64,000 nt of DNA from Chiloscyllium plagiosum (lineage: Eukaryota). A program made the position numbers and the translations under genes. The stretch is from assembly GCF_004010195.1 (NCBI RefSeq), contig NC_057717.1, forward strand, positions 105,274,696-105,338,695, read 5' to 3'. This document shows, one piece after another, positions 1 to 10,721 of this stretch. Below the pieces are notes generated by a model, which saw only the letters and a program-made list of their open reading frames with translations, did not search any database and was not told the DNA's origin. Position 1 is the stretch's first letter. Each line of letters opens with the position of its first letter.

Positions 1-205
1 CATATCTACCACATCTACCGCTTTCCCCTCATCAACCTCCTTCGTCACCTTTTCAAAGAATTCAATAAGGTTTGTGAGGCACGACCTGCCCTTCACAAAA
101 CCATGCTGACTATCCTTGATCACATTATTCCTATCCAGATGTGCATAAATCCTATCCCTTACAATTCTCTCTAAGACTTTGCCCACAACAGAAGTGAGAC
201 TCACC
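1..205 (-). mobile_element. CR1 (HER1-like) LINE ORF2 RT fragment, young subfamily
   Basis: Near-identical to 11655-11865, whose minus-strand translation is SLTSVVGKVLERIVRDRI..SQHGFVKGRSCLTNLIEFFEKVT, a CR1 RT motif. Confidence 0.9.
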
Positions 206-1156
206 GCCTTTTTTTTTACTTGACGTAATTTTATAGAGTGAGAGAAATAGACAGCTAATAAAACATCAAAAAGTAGATCAAAAGCTAATGAACAGGTTCA
301 GAGACTAAATTCACCCATTCAAGTCAAACATCTAATCCAGGCCCTTGACTAACAAGCCACACCTAGATTTGATTTGGATTTAGTTAAGTTTAACAAGATT
401 CTTTCTAGACTTTCTCTAGCATTAAAGATTTTAAGAAGAAAGGTGTTATTTGTAAAACTCAAACCCCAGCCCTATACCCAGTGTCCCGGTCTGGAAAAGA
501 GCCAAGTCTGAACTGTGGCCACACAGCTCCATCACCTTGGGGGGTGGGGGTGGGGGGTTAAATTAGGTCAAAAATTAAAGCTAGAACATTCACTACATTA
601 ATTCCTATAAATCACCACCTATTCCCCTCAGTCACAGTTCCAAAGGATAATTATTTTTAATCCACGAGAAATATTCGTCAATTCAGGAATCAAATATATT
701 CCCAGTTTTCATCAAAGTGAAGAAATGAGCATCAATTTGAATATTGAAATTAACAGCAAAACTACTTTCACTTGGTACACAAGGAAAAAAATTGGAATTC
801 AAATCCATCTTTTAATTTGATTTGTTTGAAGAAAATTCACAACAAAAATTGTGTTTCAGCTCATTTTCAGAGCAGATTTGTCTATTGCTCGGCTTTGTCC
901 TCCCTCTATTATACTTAAAATTAAAGGTTTATTGTAACATTTCTGTTTCCTGAGAAAGGTGAGATAATCAAGTGAGTTCCCAGTCTCTAAACCCTCCCTT
1001 GTCTGGCTGCTATTTCAGCATCTTGACCCTCAATAGAATCATTTAAGTCACACACAGCAATGTTCCTAATGACATGGCCAGATTCTAACCAACATACACC
1101 CGACACAACACATTTCTCTCTACTTTCCCCCACACTCCCCTCAGTAACTCTGTATA

Positions 1157-2963
1157 ATGCAGAAGTTGCAGAACGAGTTCATTCCAAAAAGGAAGAAAGA
1201 TCCTAGGAGGAGGCATGGGTGGCCATGGCTGACGAGGGAACACCGACATTCTCCCCGTGTTTGCATGGTTTTCCTCCAGGTGCTCCGGTTTCTTCCAACA
1301 GTCGAAGGTAAACTGGCCAATAATATAAAGGAGGATAGTAAAAGCTTTTTTAAGTACGTGCAAGGCAAAAAAAATGGTTAGGACTAAAATTGGGTCCTTG
1401 AAGACAGAAACAGGGGAATATATTACGGGGAACAAAGAAATGGCAGAAGAATTGGTACTTCAGATCTGTGTTCACTTGGGAAGACACAAGCAATCTCCTT
1501 GAGGTAACAGTGGCTGAAGGACCTGAACTTAAGGGAATTTATATTTGCCAGGATTTGGTGTTGGAGAGGCTGTTAGGTCTGAAAGTTGATAAGTCTCCAG
1601 GGCCTGATGGTCTGCATCCCAGGGTACTGAAGGAGTGGCTCGGGAAAATCGTGGATGCGTTGATGATTATTTTCCAGAGTTCNNNNNNNNNNNNNNNNNN
1701 NNNNNNNNNNNNNNNNNNNNNNNNNNNNNNNNNNNNNNNNNNNNNNNNNNNNNNNNNNNNNNNNNNNNNNNNNNNNNNNNNNNNNNNNNNNNNNNNNNNN
1801 NNNNNNNNNNNNNNNNNNNNNNNNNNNNNNNNNNNNNNNNNNNNNNNNNNNNNNNNNNNNNNNNNNNNNNNNNNNNNNNNNNNNNNNNNNNNNNNNNNNN
1901 NNNNNNNNNNNNNNNNNNNNNNNNNNNNNNNNNNNNNNNNNNNNNNNNNNNNNNNNNNNNNNNNNNNNNNNNNNNNNNNNNNNNNNNNNNNNNNNNNNNN
2001 NNNNNNNNNNNNNNNNNNNNNNNNNNNNNNNNNNNNNNNNNNNNNNNNNNNNNNNNNNNNNNNNNNNNNNNNNNNNNNNNNNNNNNNNNNNNNNNNNNNN
2101 NNNNNNNNNNNNNNNNNNNNNNNNNNNNNNNNNNNNNNNNNNNNNNNNNNNNNNNNNNNNNNNNNNNNNNNNNNNNNNNNNNNNNNNNNNNNNNNNNNNN
2201 NNNNNNNNNNNNNNNNNNNNNNNNNNNNNNNNNNNNNNNNNNNNNNNNNNNNNNNNNNNNNNNNNNNNNNNNNNNNNNNNNNNNNNNNNNNNNNNNNNNN
2301 NNNNNNNNNNNNNNNNNNNNNGTGTAGAAGGCTAATAGCATGCTGGCCTTCATAACAACAGGGATTGAGTATAGAGGTGAAGAGGTTCTTCTGCAGCTGT
2401 ACAGGGCCCTGGTGAGACCACACCTGGAGTATTGTGTGCAGTTCTGGTCTCCAAATTTGAGGAAAGACATTCTGGCTATTGAGGGAGTGCAGCGTAGGTT
2501 CACGAGGTCAATTCCTGGAATGGTGGGATTACCTTACACTGAAAGACTGGAGTGACTGGGCTTGTATACCCTTGAGTTTAGAAGACTGAGAGGAGATCTG
2601 ATTGAGACATATAAGATTATTAAAAGATTGGATACTCTGGAGGCAGGAAACATGGGTGAATGCCGAACCAGAGGACACAGCTTATAAATACGGGGTAGAC
2701 CATTTAGGACAGAGATGAGGAGAAACTTCTTCACCCAGAGAGTGGTGGCTGTGTGGAATGCTCTGCCTCAGAGGGCAGTGGAGGCCCAGTCTCTGGATTC
2801 ATTTAAGAAAAAGTTGGATAGAGCTCTCAAGGATTGTGGATTCAAGGGTTATGGAGATAAGGCAGGAACAGAATACTGATTAAGGATGATCAGCCATGAT
2901 CATATTGAATGGTGGTGCAGGCTCGAAGGGCAGAATGGCCTACTCCTGCACCTATTGTCTATT
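1157..2963 (+). mobile_element. 5'-truncated CR1 LINE spanning an N-gap
   Basis: Translations IPKRKK..PWLTRE, KLANNIKEDSKSFFKY, DKSPGPDGLHPRVLKE, LYRALVRPHLEYCVQFWSP; CR1 3' end ggcagaatggcctactcctgcacctattgtctatt. Confidence 0.92.
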
Positions 2964-2964
2964 A

Positions 2965-3302
2965 TTTTTAAAAAAAGGTTTATAGGTAGAGTTAATGACA
3001 GTTGTCTTTTCCCTAGGATGGGGGATTTCAAGACTATGGGCACTAGGTGAGAGGAGAGAAATTTTTAAAAAGACAAGGGAAATTTTTCTTTACACAGAGG
3101 TTGGTTGGCGGAATGAACTCCCTAGGGAAGTGGTGGACGTGACTACAATTACAATGTTTAAAAGACATTTGGATAAGTATATGAATAGGAAAGGTTTGGA
3201 GTGACATGGACCAGGAGCAGGCAAGTGAGACTGATTATGTTCAGCATGGACTAGTTGGACCGAAGGGTCTCGTTTTCCGTGCTGGACAACTCTGTGACTC
3301 TC
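2965..3302 (+). mobile_element. CR1 LINE 3' fragment
   Basis: FKRHLDKYMNRKGLE; 3' stem ggaccgaagggtct and ctctgtgactct tail. Confidence 0.85.
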
Positions 3303-3469
3303 TGGTGTTGATTTAGAATTTGCCCAACAATGACGTACCTCAAGCAAGAATAACGTCCACATAAAAAAATCTCTGAAAACAAAATTATGGTGAATATACA
3401 GTAAGACAAAAGTGGCTTGGGCTTCAAAGGCTGGATTTATTTGAAGACTGCACGTTCAACACTTCTGGC

Positions 3470-4280
3470 TTAACACACTCACGTTTACCAGTTATGCTGC
3501 AGGAGAACAGCCTTTGGAAAAAGCCTTTTTTAAAAATCGGAATCGGTAAGAAAATTGCACTTTAAAAACCCAACACCAACAACCTTGGATTAAGATTTTT
3601 GGGAATTACCCAACAAGTATCCAGGGAAAATGTCGACAAGCACAAACGAGAGGATTGTCTCCAAGGTTTAAAGAATGGACGGGCAGTTGGCTCTGAACAA
3701 ACAGTAAAAAACCGTTAGCGCCGATGGCGCGCGGGCTATCAGTTGGGAACGAGAGCTGCGCGTGCGCGGAAGCGGGCTGTCAGCTGAATGCGGGAGCAGA
3801 GCGTGCCCGAGGGAGCGGGCTGACAGTTGGGGACGGGAGGTGCGCGCGCCCGAGGGGGTGGGCTGACCGTTGGGGACATGATGTGCGCGTGCCCGAGGGA
3901 GCGGACTGGCCGTTGGGGACTGGATGTGCGCGTGGCCGAGGGAGCGGACTGGTCGTTGGAGGTGCGCGTGCCCGAGGGGGTGGGCTGACCGTTGGGGACT
4001 GGATGTGCGCGTGCCCGAGGGAGCGGGCTGACCGTTGGGGACGGGAGTGCGCGTGCCCGGGGGAGCGGGCTGACCGTTGGGGACTGGAGGTGCGCGTGCC
4101 CGAGGGAGCGGGCTGACCGTTGGGGACGGGGATGCGCGTGCCCGATGGAGCGGGCTGACAGCTGGGGACGGGAAGAGCGCGTGCGTGCGTTGGATACAAG
4201 GGCGATGAGAAGAAGCTGAGAGAGAGAAAGCGGCAATGAAAAGGTAGCCTGATCAGTTAAAGAAAGTCCTACTCGCAATG
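3470..4280 (-). promoter_or_regulatory. Candidate CpG-island promoter with putative minus-strand first-exon donor
   Basis: CpGs retained in a CpG-depleted window; NRF1-like TGCGCGTGCGC at ~3758; repeated MYB-type CCGTTR; acactcac at 3475-3482 reads AAC|GTGAGTGT on the minus strand. Confidence 0.45.
3718..4195. repeat. GC/CpG-rich minisatellite, ~43-bp unit, about 9 good and 2 degenerate units
   Basis: Unit gtgcccgagggagcgggctgaccgttggggactggatgtgcgc starts at 3803, 3846, 3889, 3932 (short unit), 3968, 4011, 4053, 4096, 4138. Confidence 0.95.
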
Positions 4281-5334
4281 TTTTTCATTTCCAGCAAACA
4301 GTGCATAGGCTTAATCTATATTAAGAAGCAAAACATCTGTTATCATTTTGATTGTAAGACACACCGCCACAGAGTAGAAATTGACATTTGTATGAAATTT
4401 GGAGCGATTTTTAAGATTTACATAATTGTAATAATGAGAAATATCTCATTGTAGTCTGGGTTAAAAGGTTTGTAGTCAAATTGGAAGAGGATTTCCAGAA
4501 TCCATTCAGGTGTGTTCTGAATCAATATGTCACTTGTTCAACCTGGAAGGATTGAGCCCTATATATGGTAAGTGATACCACGTCGATCAAACCAACAAAG
4601 ATGGAAGAAAAGCACGTTGGAAAATAGATTTTCAAAACCTATTTATGTACTTGGATATGAGATGTCACAGCAAAAGCGGTGAGGTCACATTGCATCTGAA
4701 CAGACTGATTAGGTCATAGAGAAGAAATTAAAACTATGGAAAAGACACAAGATTCGCCAGCATGACATGGAATGAGAGACAGAGACTAGTATAATTCAAA
4801 TGAGATTGAACAAATATTTTTTAAAAAGGATAGGAGGATTGCACTAAGAAGCCATTTGCTTGGACCAGCTACATTTCTACAAACGTATGAGGCTCAATGA
4901 ACATCCACTTCTAAGACTAAGGAAAATGTGTGTTTCTAAGGTATCCAGACCTTTTGGTTATATCACTCTCTGCTCCCAAGATAGGAAACAGTACAAATCA
5001 GAAGCAACATTTGCACAGCCCTCAGGCAAAATGTTTAATTTTAGATTTGTAAGCTAGCTGAGCCCTGCAGCAAATCTAAGTTGATATTTAATTTTAGTAT
5101 CAGTCAATCTATTTACGAAAAATATAGCTCAATGGTAGGATTGTGGTACTTTTAGTGCTAGCATCTGCTATTGCAGAATCACATTTTCCCTTGTTTAACA
5201 GTTACACAATTATATCTACTGGATACAGTTCAGTATTGCCTGGCATCTAATTGAGAATGTCATTTGATGCCATGAAATACCATAGAATCCCATCAGTACA
5301 GACAGAGGCCACTAATGGTGTTATTATCACTGAA

Positions 5335-6277
5335 TCCACCACTATCAACATGCTGGGAGGTTACCATTGATCCAAAACCGAACTGGACTCATCATAATTG
5401 ATGCATCAGGGTGGCTCAGTGGTTCGCATTGCTGCCTCACAGTGCCAGGGACTGGGTTCGATTCCAACTACGGGTGACTGTCTGTGTGGAGTTTGCATAT
5501 TCTCCCAGTGTCTGCATGGGTTTCCTTCGGGTGCTCCAGTTTCCTCCCACAATCCAAAGATGTGCAGGTTAGGTGAATTGGTCATACTAAATTGCCCATA
5601 ATGTTCAGGGATGTGTAGGTTAGTTGTATTAATCAGGGAAAATGCAGAGTAATAGGGTAGAGGACTGGGTCTGGATGGGTTACTCTTCAGAGGGTCGGTG
5701 TGGATTTGTTGGGCCAAATAGCCTGTTTCTACACAGTAAGGATTCTATGATTCATTCTATATAAAGTGGTTTCAAGAGCAGATAAGAGGCTAGGTATACC
5801 ACAGCTAGTAACTCACTTTCTGACACACCAAAGCCTGACACAAGGCACAAGTCAGGAGTGAGATGGAATACTGCCAACCTGCCTCGATGAGTGCAGCTCC
5901 ACAACACTCGAGAAGTTTGTCACCATCCAGGACAAAGCAGCCCACTTGATTGGCAACATATCCACAAGCATCCACTTCCTCCACCGCCGATGTTCAGTTG
6001 CAGTATTGTATGCTGAATGAAAGATTTACTGCAAAAATTTGCCAAAGATTCTTACATGGCACCTTCCAAGCCCATGACCATTTATAGCTAGAAGGACAAA
6101 TTTAGCAGATATATAGGACCATCACCACCTGGAAATTCCCCTCCAAGTACTCACCACCCCAACTCAAAAAGATAGCACCATTCCTTCACTGTCACTAGGT
6201 CAAACTCCTGAAATTGTATCCCTAAGGGTCTACATCCATTATGTGAACTGCAGTGGTTCAAGAAGGCAGCTCATTAC
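5335..6277 (+). mobile_element. L2/Crack-like (CR1-group) LINE 3' portion, interrupted by a SINE and then by an LTR; tail resumes at 9602-9688
   Basis: caagtcaggagtgagatggaatac..atccaggacaaagcagcccacttgattggc (QVRS.MEY..IQDKAAHLIG); tail gaaggcagctca|..|accaccttttcaag..aataaatgctggcc. Confidence 0.75.
5407..5752 (+). mobile_element. HE1-like tRNA-derived V-SINE (older copy)
   Basis: tRNA-like A/B boxes (gtggctcagtggtt, gggttcgattcc), V-domain gtgtggagtttgca..ccaaagatgtgcagg, CR1-like tail. Confidence 0.88.
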
Positions 6278-6401
6278 TGAAATAACTCCAGTGAAATATC
6301 CCATCACCAAGTCACCTTTTATTTACACATGGAGAGTCCTTGACACTGAACCAACTTCCTCAGAGCCAGCTCTCAGCATGAACAGACATTTAACAATCTT
6401 G

Positions 6402-7057
6402 ATTTTTTAATTTTATTAAACAGTACAAAATATAGTTAACAATAAACAGAAAGCAACAGTTCACAAAAAACAGTATATACAGGGAAAGGGCAGCAAAGCC
6501 AAACCCCAAACCCCACTGTTCAAACAGTTTTCAGGGAGATGAGGGCAAACCTCAAATCCCACTTCTATTCATCACAAAGATAACAGTCACAAACACATGC
6601 AAGACAGTGCAATCAAATGAGAAACAGTGCATAGAACACAGACCCAATGTAGTTATAAAAAAGACACCTGACCACACCATATACTGATTGGACCATCTTT
6701 GGTTAGCCTTCCTGAAGGACAGTCATTAACCTTCCTTTCTCTGGCCACCCTGCATACTGACTGGTGCTCCCCAGGTCTGCTTTCCTCAAGCTGGTCGTTG
6801 ACCACCCAGTTCCCAGTCGCCTCGCATATTGACCGGACTACCCTGGGCTACTTTCCTACAAGCTGGTTGTTGACCTTCCAGTCCCCGGCCGCCCTGTGTA
6901 CTGTCTGACCCTCCCCAGCCCACTTTCCTCCAGGTCGGATGTCAGCCATCAGCTCCTAGTCACCCCGCATACTAACCAAATCACCCCTGACCAGCTTTCC
7001 TACAGTTGGGCTGACGGCCTTCCAGTACCCGGCCGCCCGCATATTGACTGACCTTTT
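6402..7057 (-). mobile_element. Non-autonomous polyA-tailed element (type A) with internal degenerate repeats
   Basis: T-rich tail at left; core cagggagatgagggcaaacctcaaatccca shared with 7868-7897; no credible ORF. Confidence 0.6.
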
Positions 7058-7105
7058 AACATCATTGTTTATTTTATTTTTTTTTCTTTTAATGCTGTGT
7101 GATCA

Positions 7106-7730
7106 GACACTCTTGTTTATATTATTTAACCCCCACACTACCGCCTAACTGCGGTAGTGCTTATTTTTTCCCCAGAACCCATGTTGTGTATGTGCAGGTG
7201 TGAAACACAGTGAGAGACACAAAGTGCACGAATCTTTATTCAATTTCCACCACCAGGAAGATAGGAAAACACCCAAGTGGCCAGTGACAATCACTGCCCT
7301 TCACATGAAAGGGCAATACTGTGTGATCAAAACAGTGAAGGGGAGGGTAGGGACTAAATCAAAATAGANNNNNNNNNNNNNNNNNNNNNNNNNNNNNNNN
7401 NNNNNNNNNNNNNNNNNNNNNNNNNNNNNNNNCCAGGCCTAGGAGCAGACCCACGAGGAGGTCTTCAGACCTGCCCTCCTTCCTCCGTACCGGGTGCCCA
7501 AAGATCAGGAGCGTGGGACTGAAGTGCAGCCAAAAGCAGCGGAGGAGGTTTTTGAGAAAATCAAAAAGGGAGTGCAAACGCCCACACCCAATATACACGT
7601 GGTCCACGGACTCCACAGCACCACAGAACAAGCAGTTGGGCTAGGAGTCCGTGAACCACCGCAATCTGCGGTTGCAGGGGACTGCTGCGTGCACACCCTC
7701 CACCCCAGATCCCTGAGAGAAAGGGACATC
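7106..7730 (-). mobile_element. Tx1-like (L1 clade) LINE 3' end with ORF2 C-terminal Cys/His knuckle
   Basis: LRDLGWRV..CLFCGAVESVDHVYIGCGRLHSLFDFLKNLL..FSPTLLIFG..LLLGL; CpG-rich, so likely young. Confidence 0.85.
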
Positions 7731-7734
7731 CTTG

Positions 7735-9272
7735 TTTTTTTTTATTTTATTAAGCAAATTACAAACAGTTTACAAAAAACATTTACAGCTGTACACAAGA
7801 GCCAGCAATTTTACAAGGGAGAGGAGCAGCAAAGCTAGGCCCCAAACCCTACCATTCAACCATTTTACAGGGAGATGAGGACAAACCTCAAATCCCAGTT
7901 CCACATATGACAAGACAGTGACAATGACATTTATACATTAGACAATCCTGTTACATACAAAAGTGCAGACAATACAGACCCAGCAAGCCCCCGCCCCTCC
8001 CACCTTCCGACCACTCTAAGGCAGCCTGCCCCTACCCACCTTCCGGTTCTCGGTCCACCCCATGCCCCTTCCAGTTCTCGGTCCACCCTGGCACACCTTT
8101 CGGCCACCTCTAGGACAGCCCATCCCCTTCCCTGGGACGACAGCGAATCTCCAAGTTATTTTTGTTAATCAGGACCTCCTGATTGGGGTCTTCAAGCCCA
8201 GGCCAATCAGGGACCTTGTAGCACACAAATCCCCCCACCCTCCCCAGGGGACTGGGTCAGCTCCTCTTGTAGCTTTTCCTGTGACGTTTCCACCCCAGCT
8301 CCGGTCCCTCTGATGCGGACTCTGACACGGCCTGTACCGGACTGTAGTTCCTCTCCTTGTATCCGGAGCATCTCGAGAATTTTCTCCTCTTCCAGCAGTA
8401 ATGGTATCGAGGCTGCATCCATCTTAGACCCTGAGGTTTCCTCGACACCAGCCAGAGGGGAGAGCCCATGGTTTCTGACAGGCTATCTGGTTGTTGACAG
8501 GGGCCTAGTACGTTTTGCTCCTGCCCTGTTTGTGAGGGAACAGCTTTCAGGTGATCCACGTGTTGGTTCAGGACTGCCTCACTTTCCCCAAACTTTGTAA
8601 GTCACGGGACCTGACCTCACGGCAACCTCACCTCGTACCCATACAGAGGTGTTGCCATGGTTCTGGCACCAAACGTCATCCCCTCAATGAAATGGTCTCC
8701 CTCACTTCGAGGAGGCATGTGGCTGGCATTGGTGATCCTGCTGCTGTTTCACCCCAACAGCCCTCCCCCAGTTTGGGAAATATCAGGTTTAACCTGGGGC
8801 AGTGTCTTCTCCCCATCACCAACTCTGCTGGAACAATCCTGTCGTTGCGTTTGGGCTGGGCCCAGAATCGATCAGGAAATGGGACAGTTTGGTATCAAGT
8901 GGCACTGTAGGCTGCTGCTTTAATCCTGCCTTCAACATTTGGAACACTTTCCACCAGACCATTGGATGATGGTTGGCATGGAGTTGTCCTGATGAGGAAA
9001 ATGCCGTTTTCCCACAGAATGAGTGTATTCCCTGAGGTCAATGATGCTCCACTCTCTATGACTGATACTTCCTGGACTCTGTGTATCGTGAATGATGCTC
9101 ACAGCTTCTCCATCATTCTCATCCCTGAGTTTGCTGAATAAACTTTCTGCGCATCCAACCACTTAGTTCCTGGTCATTGTCAATGCCCATTGTGCCCATG
9201 GAAGGACCTGCATAATCAATGTGTAACCGAGCCATTCCCACAATGATGGGAGCTCAGCTGGTGGTAATTTTT
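7735..9272 (-). mobile_element. Chimeric unit: decayed Gypsy integrase (about 9265-8550), PPT, LTR remnant, type-A polyA tail
   Basis: My frameshifted minus-strand translation: RLHIDYAGPSMG..KWLD..ENGIFLIRTTPCQPSSNGLVE..LKAGLKQQ..LSHFL..PAELVMGRR..GDDVWCQNHG..SGPVTYKV..HVDHLKA; purine tract (cccccaccctcccc on +) at 8230-8245; LTR-like ctgattgg..ccaatcaggga at 8145-8227. Confidence 0.75.
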
Positions 9273-9279
9273 ATCCTTG

Positions 9280-9494
9280 GTACCCTGCGGCGCCCACCTC
9301 TCCCTGAACAACCCCAGGGTTTTGGTCGACACCGCGTGCTCCTTCTCCAAGGATACCCGGGCCCTAACGTAACCGCGGAAGAGGGGCAGGCAGTCGGCCT
9401 TAACGACCCCCTCCACGGCCCGCTGCCTGGACCTGTTGATGGCCAGTTTGGCCAGGCCCAGGAGCAGACCCACGAGGAGGTCTTCAGACCTGCC
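9280..9494 (-). mobile_element. Tx1-like ORF2 C-terminal fragment, same family as 7106-7730
   Basis: GRSEDLLVGLLLGLAKLAINRSRQRAVEG..LFRERWAPQG; overlap matches 7433-7474. Confidence 0.85.
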
Positions 9495-9734
9495 AACATC
9501 CTTGTTTATATCTATCAGCCAGGGCTCTCTGATTGGACTGGGTTTACAACCCCAATCAGGGAACTCCAATGGGTCCACCTAGCTGACCTCATTACACTAC
9601 AACGACCACCTTTTCAAGACCAACCAGGGATGGTCAATAAATGCTGGCCTAGTCAGCAATGCCCATGTCCCACATGAATAAATAAGCTAAAATATGGAAT
9701 ATTCACTTAGAACTGGTTGCAACACCAATTTCAT

Positions 9735-10442
9735 GTTGGACAGAGTGTTATGAAACTGACATTTATATGTATATAGTTTAATATACTTCACAACAAGTTT
9801 GTTGTGAAACTTGAAAGGATTCAGAAAATATTTACAAGGCTGTTGCCAGGTTTGGAGGGGTTGAGCTTTAGGGAGAGGCTAAATAGGCTATTTTTCCTGG
9901 AACATCAGAGGCTGAGGGATGACCTTATAGAGGTTTATAAAATTGAGGGACACAGATAGGGTAAATAGACAAGGTCTTTTCCCTGGGGTGGGGGAATCCA
10001 GAACTAGGGGGCATAGGTTTAGGGTGAGAGGGGAAAGATTTAAAAGGAATGTAAGGGACAACTTTTTCATGTAGAGGGGGGTGCTTGTATGGATTGAGCT
10101 GGTGGAGGCTGGTACAATTGCAACACTTAAAAGACATGTGGATGGATATATGAATAGGAAGAGTTTAGAGAGATATGGCAGAAGTGGGTAATGCAGATGC
10201 TGGAGATTAGAGTCAAGATTAGAGTGGTGCTGGAAAAGCACAGCAGGTCAGGCAGCATCCAAGGAGCAGAAAAATCGACAGTTTGGGCAATAGTCCTTCA
10301 TCAGGAATCTGATTAGAGGGATATGGGCCAAGTGCTGGCAAATGGGATTAGATTAATTTAGGATATCTGGTCGGCATAGACGAGTTGGGCCAAAGGATCT
10401 GTTTCCGCGTTGTACATCTCTATGAGTCTATGGCTCTATGAG
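9735..10442 (+). mobile_element. CR1 LINE 3' end with a Penelope-derived short insert at ~10178-10308
   Basis: gttgtgaaacttgaaagg.. to ctctatgagtctatg tail; insert has gatgctggagattag..ccttcatcaggaat. Confidence 0.85.
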
Positions 10443-10721
10443 TTTGAATTTGTGGAATTCTGGGTAAAGATTAAAGTTAATGTTTTTGAACTTGATGTTA
10501 GCTTTTTAAAGACTACAATTTCCACAATCCCAGGTGAGCAAATTTACCCAGAGCTCCTAAGGAATTTCCAGAGGGCTTAAGGACAGAACTTTTCAGATTT
10601 CTTCAGTCTGGGCTGAGAAGCCAAATTAGAACAATGCATGTATCAAGCTTTGAAGTGCTGAGAAGTCTTTCAAAAGAGTAAAATGTGTAAAGCAACATTC
10701 CTAAGAAAATGAGTTTAAAGT

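Larger units (their letters stand above)
6278..9601 (-). mobile_element. Short Gypsy-type solo LTR split into 6278-6401 and 9495-9601 by stacked insertions
   Basis: Both halves match the reverse complement of the LTR at 45368-46193; TG..CA ends; degenerate 5-bp TSD attac/acgac. Confidence 0.75.

Noticed and set aside
3803..4180. CRISPR-like periodic array
   Set aside because: No unique spacers, eukaryotic context, no cas genes.
3724..4278. Arg/Gly/Pro-rich ORFs on both strands
   Set aside because: By-product of a GC-rich 43-bp (non-triplet) minisatellite.
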